64,000 nucleotides of DNA from a virus. Positions 48,446-56,792 of this stretch are shown here, piece after piece (the first letter of the stretch is position 1; every line of letters begins with the position of its first letter). The notes beneath the pieces were generated by a model. It was not told the DNA's origin. It did no database searches and was given only the letters and a program-made list of their open reading frames with translations. The stretch is from IMG/VR virus record IMGVR_UViG_3300045812_000062, one strand, 5' to 3'. The position numbers were made by a program, and so were the translations under genes.

Positions 48446-48492
48446 CGTCGAAATTCTGGAAAACGGTATCGATGAAACGGCGACAAGCGCTG

Positions 48493-48789
48493 CTACCAGC
48501 ACTTACCCATCTGCCCGAATCCGCTTGGTGAGCAGGTGTATCGATATCCAAGGGTTCCATCTGGTTTTCTCTGTATTTTCTTCCTTTCCGACTTCTTAGA
48601 TGTCGTGGTTTTTAATTCCACCGCAGATTTATTTGCTTTCTGGTTCAATGGCTCACGAGCATCGGCATGATTAGTCGCCAAATAGAGACCAGCAAGCGTA
48701 AAAAATATTAGAATACCCATTCGAAATATCACCATAGTTTCCTTTTTTTGTGGCCTTAATTGTTTAAATTCTGACATAATAATATACAA
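48493..48789 (-). CDS. small exported protein
   Basis: Signal-peptide-like FRMGILIFFTLAGLYLATNHADA; start uncertain. Confidence 0.5.
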   Translation of the reverse strand: MYIIMSEFKQLRPQKKETMVIFRMGILIFFTLAGLYLATNHADAREPLNQKANKSAVELKTTTSKKSERKKIQRKPDGTLGYRYTCSPSGFGQMGKCW

Positions 48790-48980
48790 AATTATCTGAT
48801 TTCGAGAACGACTATTGAAATAATTAATTTTAATTGATATTTGTCAGCAATGCAAAAAGGGGCTGATTCCCATTGTCATTGTGTTTGAATTAAAGCTCTA
48901 GGAATTCAATATGTTTCCAATTCGAACGTTTCAAAATAAAACTATAAGCGTTTATCATTTGCATCGCCCAGAGAAGGCAC

Positions 48981-49259
48981 ATGACAGCCACTTCTGACGA
49001 AATCGATCTCAGACGCAAACAGGCCAACGATGTTGCGTACCATCTGAGCGGCACAATTAAATCGCTTGAACAGGGTATTAGTGATGTTCTTGGTGAGGAC
49101 TTCCTCCATCTGGAGGACAATCGGGAATTCCTCCTGAACATTGACGACAAGATTTTCACCTGTGTCACTTGTGGTTGGTGGTATGAAAATTCAGAAAATG
49201 CAGGCGAGCGCCAGAATGGTTTTTACTGCTTCGATTGCGAAGACGGATGGGTGAAATGA
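48981..49259 (+). CDS. small zinc-finger protein
   Basis: CVTCGWW...CFDC. Confidence 0.6.
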   Translation: MTATSDEIDLRRKQANDVAYHLSGTIKSLEQGISDVLGEDFLHLEDNREFLLNIDDKIFTCVTCGWWYENSENAGERQNGFYCFDCEDGWVK

Positions 49260-49311
49260 ATTCAATTATCAGTATGATCGCAGACGCGGTATCCGAGGAA
49301 GGCTACTATTA

Positions 49312-49710
49312 ATGAGAACCTACTTGAGACGAAATGACATTGTCTGCGAAAAAGATACCTCTTGGGTGGTGTACGGTCGCGTAAACCGTGTCATCGACGC
49401 CGAAACCGTCGAATGGATTGATTGCTGCAAACAGATCAATATCTCCAAGATTTCCGAACTCGCGCTCTCCAATGATTACAAGGGCCGTCATGATGAGATC
49501 CGTATTTACAATCGTGACCGAAACGGTGAAATCATTTATCCCGACGATTGGATGCACGATGAAAGCGTACTCTTTAAACTGATTATCAATCGCTTTTATC
49601 GGATGCCGTCGTTGCGAAAGCTGAAACAGAGAGCGTCCCATTATGCAGGTCGGAATGCTTGGCGTGTGGATAAGCGGCCTGATGCGGAGTATCGGATATT
49701 TAAAAGATAA
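49312..49710 (+). CDS. hypothetical protein
   Basis: GAGG RBS. Confidence 0.6.
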   Translation: MRTYLRRNDIVCEKDTSWVVYGRVNRVIDAETVEWIDCCKQINISKISELALSNDYKGRHDEIRIYNRDRNGEIIYPDDWMHDESVLFKLIINRFYRMPSLRKLKQRASHYAGRNAWRVDKRPDAEYRIFKR

Positions 49711-49768
49711 TTCTGGCTTTCCAGATTCATATTTTTGACCCAAAATTAGTTAGTGAAAGGACATTAAT

Positions 49769-49954
49769 ATGAAAATTGAACTTGAAACCCCGGATTTAAA
49801 TCGGAAGCGAGCGGATAAAATTAGCCACTTGGATACGGTTCCTACGGGTCATACCGTGTCCATTTACAGCGTAAACATGGATATTGCGGCCGAGGCTTTC
49901 AGAAATAAGGCCGCTGCAAATGATATGATCGACCGAGTTTTGAAGGCTCGATAA
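49769..49954 (+). CDS. hypothetical protein
   Basis: AAGGA RBS. Confidence 0.5.
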   Translation: MKIELETPDLNRKRADKISHLDTVPTGHTVSIYSVNMDIAAEAFRNKAAANDMIDRVLKAR

Positions 49955-50320
49955 ATGACATCAGCTTCTCCCCAAGCTAAGCCTGACGTTATTGCATGGA
50001 TGAATGTCGACCGAAACGGCATCATGCTCGATGCCACGATCCATCGAGATCAGGCGGAAGAACTGGCTGAAGACGAGGGCAATGCCGTCGTCGGTCTTTG
50101 CTGCGTTGATGACACCGAAGATCTGATCGACGCCAAGGGTCGAGAGATCGCGTCCCTTAAGAAGCGTAATGATGAACTCTTGCAAGCCCTCAGGAACGTC
50201 GTTGTCTCGGCCAAGCGCGTCTACATCAATTCAAATGGTGCAGAGATGTATCTTGTTGACCCAGAGGTCATTAATGAAGTCCGCAGGCTATCTATAAACA
50301 ACCCAGAACCCAAGGAGTGA
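49955..50320 (+). CDS. hypothetical phage-like protein
   Basis: Abuts upstream stop. Confidence 0.6.
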   Translation: MTSASPQAKPDVIAWMNVDRNGIMLDATIHRDQAEELAEDEGNAVVGLCCVDDTEDLIDAKGREIASLKKRNDELLQALRNVVVSAKRVYINSNGAEMYLVDPEVINEVRRLSINNPEPKE

Positions 50321-50322
50321 CG

Positions 50323-50865
50323 ATGTCTCACGATTTGCACGATCCAGGCGGCAAGGTCCGTCTAAAGGTAAAGGAAGAAATTCGCGGAGATGCCGTGTTC
50401 TCAGACTGCGGCCGATACCGTCGTCTGCTAACCCGCGAATGGGATGGTGCCGAGAAACCTGGCTTCGTCCTATGGATCGGCATGAACCCTAGCACAGCTG
50501 TCATTGATGTCGACGACCCTACTGTCTTCAAGGAACAGAAGTTTACTCGTCGATGGGGTTATGGCCGCTATGTGAAGACCAACGTCATGGACTACCGCGC
50601 AACACATCCCAAGATGTTGTTGGAGCCTGGTGTGGTGCCTTGCACAGAAGAGAACCTGCGGACAATCGTTGAGCAGGCGAAGCAGGCGGAAATCGTCGTT
50701 ATGGCGTACGGTTCACTCCACAAGAAGCTGGCTCATCACGGACAGGCTGTCACCGACGCTCTGCGTGCTTCTGGCCTGACACTGCATGCTCTCAAGATCA
50801 CCAATAATGGATCTCCAGGCCATCCTCTCTATCTCAAGGATACGAGTGAGCTGATGGTATATTAA
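50323..50865 (+). CDS. DUF1643-family protein
   Basis: FSDCGRYRRLLTREW...WIGMNPSTA...DDPT...GSPGHPLYL. Confidence 0.9.
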   Translation: MSHDLHDPGGKVRLKVKEEIRGDAVFSDCGRYRRLLTREWDGAEKPGFVLWIGMNPSTAVIDVDDPTVFKEQKFTRRWGYGRYVKTNVMDYRATHPKMLLEPGVVPCTEENLRTIVEQAKQAEIVVMAYGSLHKKLAHHGQAVTDALRASGLTLHALKITNNGSPGHPLYLKDTSELMVY

Positions 50866-50898
50866 TTTTTCACATACCAACCAGCTGCGCCTGCAATC

Positions 50899-51114
50899 CT
50901 AATATGGTTTCCGCGCGGCTGACTCATCGAACTTGGTGTCGTCAGGAGAAATGACAGCAAGTTCGTCGATAGTGAATTCAATATTATGGCTGGACATCAC
51001 TTCATCAATCTGGCCGATTTCCTGCTTGAGATTGGCATAATGACGAACAAGGTCCTCGCGAGATTTGAGATCAAATAATAGGTCGAACGAATACGGAAGA
51101 TTGTTATCGGTCAT
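50899..51114 (-). CDS. hypothetical protein
   Basis: AAGGG RBS before MTDNN. Confidence 0.5.
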   Translation of the reverse strand: MTDNNLPYSFDLLFDLKSREDLVRHYANLKQEIGQIDEVMSSHNIEFTIDELAVISPDDTKFDESAARKPY

Positions 51115-51206
51115 CAAAGCGCCCTTTTTTACTATGAAATTAATTTCATTTAAACATTTGAATGAGACAAGGGCGAGCGCGGCAACCTTCAATACCACAA
51201 TATCCA

Positions 51207-51602
51207 TCAACCCATTTTCAACGAGTTCATTCCAAGTTCACCGACGATCTGTTCCGCGAACACCAATGCGTCGGCATAAACTTTCCCATTTTCAAGCAGT
51301 GTTGTCGTTTTACCACTTCCTATAAACATCAAATACTCTTCATCGATCTCAGCTTCGAATGGATTATTCAATGGATAATAATTACCAATTGTTGATATAG
51401 GAAATCGACCACGAATGTCTATTCCTTCATCGCCATCTTTGACATACGCGTGAATAAATGAATATTGCTGCGTCCAGTCGTCGACGTCAAAAGTTGCAAA
51501 TAATGGAAGGCCAGTAATTCTGTGCAATGCAATGGCCAAATGATGAGCACGTCCGTAAAGATAGGGACGCTCGCAATTTGTTAGCTCTCTTTCAATATCC
51601 AT
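51207..51602 (-). CDS. hypothetical protein, possible transglutaminase/papain-like fold lacking the catalytic Cys
   Basis: YLYGRAHHLAIALHRITG...IHAYV...IDIRG; GGAG RBS. Confidence 0.5.
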   Translation of the reverse strand: MDIERELTNCERPYLYGRAHHLAIALHRITGLPLFATFDVDDWTQQYSFIHAYVKDGDEGIDIRGRFPISTIGNYYPLNNPFEAEIDEEYLMFIGSGKTTTLLENGKVYADALVFAEQIVGELGMNSLKMG

Positions 51603-51778
51603 AATGTCTCCGAGAAAAAATGATAAACCAAATTTCTTAAAAGTGCTCGCAAAGCACCAGTACTAACTGGGATAATAGATTTGGCTAGAGTTCAAAAAAA
51701 ATGGCTATCCGACATTAAGGAAAAACTTAGTTCAACCTCAAATTCTGGATAGCCAAAATGCCAATTATCGACTTCTTA

Positions 51779-51973
51779 TTATCGAAGTTCAGAAAGCTCT
51801 TCTACCAATTCCCGACGCTCTTTTAGTAACGTTTGACGTTCAATTTCTCTTTCTCGACGACGGCGCTTAGCATTATTGTTCAAAAATCCACCACCTGGAA
51901 ATAAAAAGATAAATATGGCACCACAAGCCATGACCCCAATGACACCCAAATAATAGACCAGATTACTGTCCAT
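51779..51973 (-). CDS. small TM + coiled-coil protein
   Basis: N-terminal TM, basic helix. Confidence 0.55.
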   Translation of the reverse strand: MDSNLVYYLGVIGVMACGAIFIFLFPGGGFLNNNAKRRRREREIERQTLLKERRELVEELSELR

Positions 51974-52024
51974 ATTATACTTCCCTTTTCGTTAGATTAT
52001 TATTCAGCCTTGATTTAACGACTT

Positions 52025-52417
52025 CTATTTTCCTTTCTTCTCAGGCTTGTTGGAGAAAGCCTCCTTAGCAAAAGTCACGAAATCCCGTTGAGCTGCATTA
52101 GCTTTCTTCTCTCGCTCTTTTTCAGGAACGCCTTCCAAGCGCAAACGACCATCCACGCAGTTCCAGACAGCGTAAGCTGTATCTCGCAGATAGCTATTCA
52201 GGTGAACGTAGTAGAAAACACCATGATCGAATTTTTCATCGATCAACCCAAGACTCCGAGAAACCACCCATTTATAGAATGTAGTTTGTTCGTAGCCGTT
52301 ATCACCAAGCCACTTTTCGACAACATTTTGAGTGGTATTTTTGGCACCCGAAACAACAGTTTTCACGTTGAAATAGTCTAGAGACCATTCAAATTTTTCC
52401 GGAAAATAATATGACAT
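52025..52417 (-). CDS. hypothetical protein
   Basis: ORF starting MSYYFP. Confidence 0.6.
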   Translation of the reverse strand: MSYYFPEKFEWSLDYFNVKTVVSGAKNTTQNVVEKWLGDNGYEQTTFYKWVVSRSLGLIDEKFDHGVFYYVHLNSYLRDTAYAVWNCVDGRLRLEGVPEKEREKKANAAQRDFVTFAKEAFSNKPEKKGK

Positions 52418-52739
52418 CTTTTTTCTTTCCAATTCGTGCCTGCTGGCATGTTCTGCAGGGCTTAATTAAGTGGATGTCTATTTTAAAGATATAAGTATGT
52501 CAATAAATAGTAGTCTCAATCATGCATTAATAGCAGATTTATATCGACCATTGTGGTTTCATGCGAAACTCTGTGGCAATTTTGATGTAACATAAGCATT
52601 CAGAGTTGACTCAGCGCATATTTTGTTAATCGGCATCAGGCAATTAGTATCGCGAAATTTGGTTTTTCAACGTTCGTATCGGTTCCACGACGAAAGGAAA
52701 ATGTTTAATCCAACATTTCCATCCGAAATAGCCGAAGAA

Positions 52740-52815
52740 TGGCGACCCCTGGAGGACTCGAACCTCCGACACCCGGCTTAGAAGGCCGGTGCTCTATCCA
52801 CTGAGCTAAGGGGCC
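52740..52815 (-). tRNA. tRNA-Arg(UCU)
   Basis: 76-nt cloverleaf, anticodon arm CCGGC-CTTCTAA-GCCGG, GGTTCGAGTCC, encoded CCA. Confidence 0.95.
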
Positions 52816-52900
52816 TGGTGCGGACTGGGGGAATCGAACCCCCACGATTAAAATCGGCAAATTTTAAGTCTGCTGCGTCTACCAATTTCGCCAAGTCCGC
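52816..52900 (-). tRNA. tRNA-Leu(UAA)
   Basis: 85-nt class II cloverleaf, GCAGA-CTTAAAA-TTTGC, long variable arm, encoded CCA. Confidence 0.95.
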
Positions 52901-52917
52901 GCTGTTGATGTCTCTTT

Positions 52918-52946
52918 ATTATAGACCTGAATTTCGAATATCAAGC
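52918..52946 (-). promoter_or_regulatory. tRNA operon promoter
   Basis: GCTTGA-N17-TATAAT, -10 box 17 nt upstream of the tRNA-Leu 5' end. Confidence 0.55.
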
Positions 52947-52997
52947 ACTAATTTCATTAAATCGCATCTTTTTGCATAATTAATTAAAGCACCCTAA

Positions 52998-53363
52998 TTA
53001 ACGAGGGTGGTCCTTTGGCCAACCATTACAGTGTGCTAACTCATGTTTGAATATCATTTCCGGCTTAATTATCAGCACTCCACCTATTGGCCACGCTAGA
53101 TTTGGCAGCGATTTATCTGGAATAAAGACCACGCAATGCTTTTTTGGCTTATCGCGAATGGTCGCGCAGCCATAGATGATATTATAGAAACGTTTATATG
53201 CAGAGCAATATTTTGCTATTTTCGTCACAGGAAGCGCTATAATCGTATATGGCATAGGAGGTTTGCCTTCAAAACGCTTCGGCGGAGAGAAGGCCCAGCC
53301 GCCATAAGCGGCGAATGCTTGCGTAGGAAGCAGTAAAATTAATGCCATAATAAAAATACGCAT
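52998..53363 (-). CDS. small secreted HExxH metallopeptidase-like protein
   Basis: Signal peptide MRIFIMALILLLPTQAFA; HELAH near the C-terminus; AAGGA RBS. Confidence 0.65.
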   Translation of the reverse strand: MRIFIMALILLLPTQAFAAYGGWAFSPPKRFEGKPPMPYTIIALPVTKIAKYCSAYKRFYNIIYGCATIRDKPKKHCVVFIPDKSLPNLAWPIGGVLIIKPEMIFKHELAHCNGWPKDHPR

Positions 53364-53618
53364 GAAAATCCTTTTTAATATTGATTTGTAATAAAATGGT
53401 CTCCCATATTACCACTGTCGTCAACATTATTTAATAAGGTTTATGATCGCTTATTAATATCTCGGTGGTCTTCATATGATAAAGCCATAAGGCATCGTTT
53501 AATAAGCACAGAAGTCACACATTACGAACGTCAATATTAGCAGTACGGATTTAACCGTATCGTAAAACGGGTGTACTACTCGCATGACATTGAGGAGGGG
53601 GAGGTTTTAAAGAAAAAA

Positions 53619-54050
53619 TGGTGGCGTTCTGTTGCCAGGTGCCACCAAACCCCGCCTTAAGGTGCTAACCCTAAGGACTTAAAGCGGATCTCCCGCACTG
53701 CGGTTAGGCAGCGAGAGCACGACCCTGAGCGAAGTTGTCGTTTGCAACTACATTTTTGACCCGATGCGGTGGTATCATGCCGAGTACAACGAGATGACTT
53801 TCAGCTCCTGTCGAACCTAAATCACCCCCATCATAAACACTGCGTTTCACCATCACTGCCATGTCCGCCTGGGTGGCGTCACAACATAGGTTTTATCCGC
53901 TAAGACTTAATTCCCCTCAACCCAATTCTACTCTTGGGAGTTAAGTCGCAGTGCTTATGGTGGAGGTGGCGGCGTCGCAGCCGCGTCCAGAAAACCTATT
54001 ACTCATTCGGTTTAGCACCATATTCGTTTAAGAGAATCTCTCAATCGACA
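53619..54050 (-). ncRNA. ssrA: two-piece (circularly permuted) tmRNA, tag (A)ANDNFAQGRALAA
   Basis: Acceptor piece ends CACCTCCACCA (3' end 53958); coding piece starts GGGGGTGATTTAGGTTCGAC (53829); G3:U70 alanine stem; tag frame 53745-53704; GGTGCTAAACC/GGGTTAGCACC inter-piece pairing; outer ends approximate. Confidence 0.93.
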
Positions 54051-54338
54051 TTTCAATAGATAGTCAATTATTTAATTCTTGTCAATCGTGTACATGAAAA
54101 AATGTGAGAGTATCTGCATTATTTATGCACATTTAAACCATCGATAAACAATATTTTATTGAAAGTTTCGTCAGATATTAATTTTAGTATCGCCTATTCG
54201 ATGGACAATGCAGCGTTAAATGACTGCAGAATATTAGAAGAGAAACCATTTTTAAAAAACGATAGTGAAATCGTTGGTGGTTCGCAGATGGCTGTGTCAC
54301 GTTGTCATTGTGGACTGAAAAACTGCTTTGGGAGAAAA

Positions 54339-55337
54339 ATGAATATGGCTGAAGAAAACAAGGCAACCCCTTTGCGTAGGCAGATCGAGCTATTCGTAAA
54401 ATACATTGACAGAGACCCGGTATTGCCCCAGCAAATCGCTCGGTATCTTGATCCACTCAAAGATTCGCTCATAGGTGGCGACGGTAGCGAATATTTCTTG
54501 GAACAAGCGCTTAATGCCGCTATGAAGCGCTGGAATGACAAACGCGATTACTTCCAGGTGAGTTCGATAGACGGGCTTTCATACTACCAAAATGGATCGC
54601 GGGTAACCAAGGATCAGGATCTTCTGCTGATTGACCTCCACGAAATGGCATCGACTGTCGGGAATGCACTGGAATGGCATGCACTTGAATACACCAGGCG
54701 AAATACCAGCATGCGCTATCGTCAGGATGCCGTTCCTCAAGTTACAGCACTGCACGGAAGCATCGACGATGAAAACTCCCGAAGGAATGTCCGTTCAATT
54801 CCAACTTTCCAGCGAGATGAAATCACGCCTTTCAACGTACAACTAGAAACGCTGATCGAAATTTATAATAACAATCCAACATTCCGCCTATACGGACATA
54901 GCGAGCTTCAGCTGCTCGAACGCCTACAAAGTGGCGATGAAACGGTAAGTATTGACAAAGCCGAAGGTTTCTTGCGAAGGGCGATCAATTCTGCCTTTGC
55001 TATGACGGACCCCAATGTAAATTACCATCAGATTACCCGCAAATTTGATCGATCTGGCTTCTTTTATCGGATTGATATGGCAAACATGTGGGACAGTTAC
55101 GAAGGTCCATCAGGAGGCGGCTTCAGCACCCTTTTAGGTACTGCCATCAAGAAACCGGAAGGACTGCATTGGCAGGCCCTTGAATGGTTTAAACGCAATG
55201 ACTTCGCGAGTTACAGGAGTGCTATGTCTGGTTGCCCTCGCGAAGAATTCAAGGATAGCTCGCCTGACGTTTCAAATTATCGATATAACCCAGAAGCGGC
55301 CAGACAAATGAAAACCAATAGATTCCCATATCTATAA
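54339..55337 (+). CDS. hypothetical protein with internal duplication
   Basis: GGAG RBS; LEWHALEYTRRN..RYR / LHWQALEWFKRN..SYR. Confidence 0.65.
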   Translation: MNMAEENKATPLRRQIELFVKYIDRDPVLPQQIARYLDPLKDSLIGGDGSEYFLEQALNAAMKRWNDKRDYFQVSSIDGLSYYQNGSRVTKDQDLLLIDLHEMASTVGNALEWHALEYTRRNTSMRYRQDAVPQVTALHGSIDDENSRRNVRSIPTFQRDEITPFNVQLETLIEIYNNNPTFRLYGHSELQLLERLQSGDETVSIDKAEGFLRRAINSAFAMTDPNVNYHQITRKFDRSGFFYRIDMANMWDSYEGPSGGGFSTLLGTAIKKPEGLHWQALEWFKRNDFASYRSAMSGCPREEFKDSSPDVSNYRYNPEAARQMKTNRFPYL

Positions 55338-55370
55338 TATTGAGAAATTAGCCTGAGAAAGCGTAGAATA

Positions 55371-56666
55371 ATGACACCAAATTCAGAACAGAAAAAACTC
55401 ATTGATGATGCCCTCTGGGGGCATAATTTTACAATGGAACAGATCAACAATGGTGAGTATCTCACTGACGACAGGATCAGCACTATTGCATTTGATGATG
55501 AGAGGGAGCTGAAGGGTGGTTTTGCATCGATGTCAATTTGCAATCTTTTGGAGCCGCTTTCTGCTTTACATAAGAAGGCAGAAACTGACGGACTGGTTAC
55601 TTTAGAAAATGGCGTAACCCTCAAAATTTCGAAACTTACGGAACGCAAAAGCATTTACCCAACTGCATACGAACCTCTCTTATCTCTTGATATCTACCTT
55701 AATGAAGAAAATGAAAGCACGCCAAGCTATCGCATCAAATACGAGGTCAACGCGTCAAAGCCTGGTTCAATGGATTACTTGGCCAACCTATATAGGCTCG
55801 ATCCGAATAAACCAGATGATGAATATCCAACCATTCTGGGACAGGGTTCATTCATCGAAGTGACCAAGAAAAAAGATGAAGTTCGTTTATTGTTTAGGGA
55901 TGCTGGTCGCTCTGTAGTTTATTCAGAATTCGCAGCGGTTATGAACTTGTTGCGACCTGCTTTAAGGGGTTACGACCTCAGATCAGAGAACACAAATATC
56001 GGTCTGTTAAAGAATTTCGACTCTGTCGATGTTCTGAATGCGGATGGTGGCTTACCTGGTCCTTTATCGGCATATACGCTTGAACATATGCAGAAAGCAG
56101 TGGCGAGAAAAATATTGCCATTGCTCGCCAATAAATCAGACAAGGTCTATAAAGCTTTGAATGATAGAGACATGACATGGGGCAAAAAGCTGCTGCGATA
56201 TAACGATCATGATGATCATGTTTTCATCATCCCAACTTTAACCCCACTACAGCGTGCTTATTATCACGAGAATGTTGCGCTTTGCTCCAATTATTCTGCT
56301 CATATAATTATGACCAGCATTAACGATGATGGACTGAACACTGATATTAAAATTTATGCAATTGACCGTGGTCGAGATTTTCTTCCTGATATCGTACAAT
56401 CGATAGAAAATGATGATGGCGAATTCTCGCCTATGATCCATTTTGATCTCGCAACGAATTCAATGGCATATTTTTCAGATGAATGTCCCGATCTGCTGGA
56501 TATGGCTGTTTTCGGAAATAACTGTGATCTCGACATTATTGACGAAGGAGAGATTGACAATCAGGCCAACCACAGCACCGATTTTGATCGATATTTTGGA
56601 AAATACGACGATGATTTCGATGAAGATGACGAACAAGATGACATTCTGGCACCTGCAATCAGGTAG
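55371..56666 (+). CDS. hypothetical protein with acidic/Pro tail
   Basis: 431 aa; ends DEDDEQDDILAPAIR. Confidence 0.7.
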   Translation: MTPNSEQKKLIDDALWGHNFTMEQINNGEYLTDDRISTIAFDDERELKGGFASMSICNLLEPLSALHKKAETDGLVTLENGVTLKISKLTERKSIYPTAYEPLLSLDIYLNEENESTPSYRIKYEVNASKPGSMDYLANLYRLDPNKPDDEYPTILGQGSFIEVTKKKDEVRLLFRDAGRSVVYSEFAAVMNLLRPALRGYDLRSENTNIGLLKNFDSVDVLNADGGLPGPLSAYTLEHMQKAVARKILPLLANKSDKVYKALNDRDMTWGKKLLRYNDHDDHVFIIPTLTPLQRAYYHENVALCSNYSAHIIMTSINDDGLNTDIKIYAIDRGRDFLPDIVQSIENDDGEFSPMIHFDLATNSMAYFSDECPDLLDMAVFGNNCDLDIIDEGEIDNQANHSTDFDRYFGKYDDDFDEDDEQDDILAPAIR

Positions 56667-56713
56667 GTATTTTTACGGATAATTCTCCCGCCTGAAAACT
56701 CATGCCAATTGAA

Positions 56714-56751
56714 AAAGGAATGGCTCGGAAATTATTCAGAGCCATTCCTTT
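56714..56751. terminator. bidirectional terminator between convergent genes
   Basis: 13-bp inverted repeat AAAGGAATGGCTC/GAGCCATTCCTTT. Confidence 0.7.
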
Positions 56752-56792
56752 AACATATTACATTGATGAGCGTCTACGTTTTAGGGCTGACA

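Noticed and set aside
26975-48775. TTTAAATTCTG seen three times near gene starts (about 26975, 30167, 48764) as a possible element-specific promoter
   Set aside because: Inconsistent distance and orientation to starts; one copy is probably coding; low-complexity AT-rich word.
52700-52780. Short plus-strand ORF MFNPTFPSEIAEEWRP... with an RBS running antisense into tRNA-Arg
   Set aside because: Only 26 codons and half of it is tRNA sequence; no independent support.
56733-56742. ATTCAGAGCC identical to the first 10 nt of the CRISPR repeat (possible solitary repeat)
   Set aside because: It is part of a 13-bp terminator stem and the rest of the repeat hairpin is absent.
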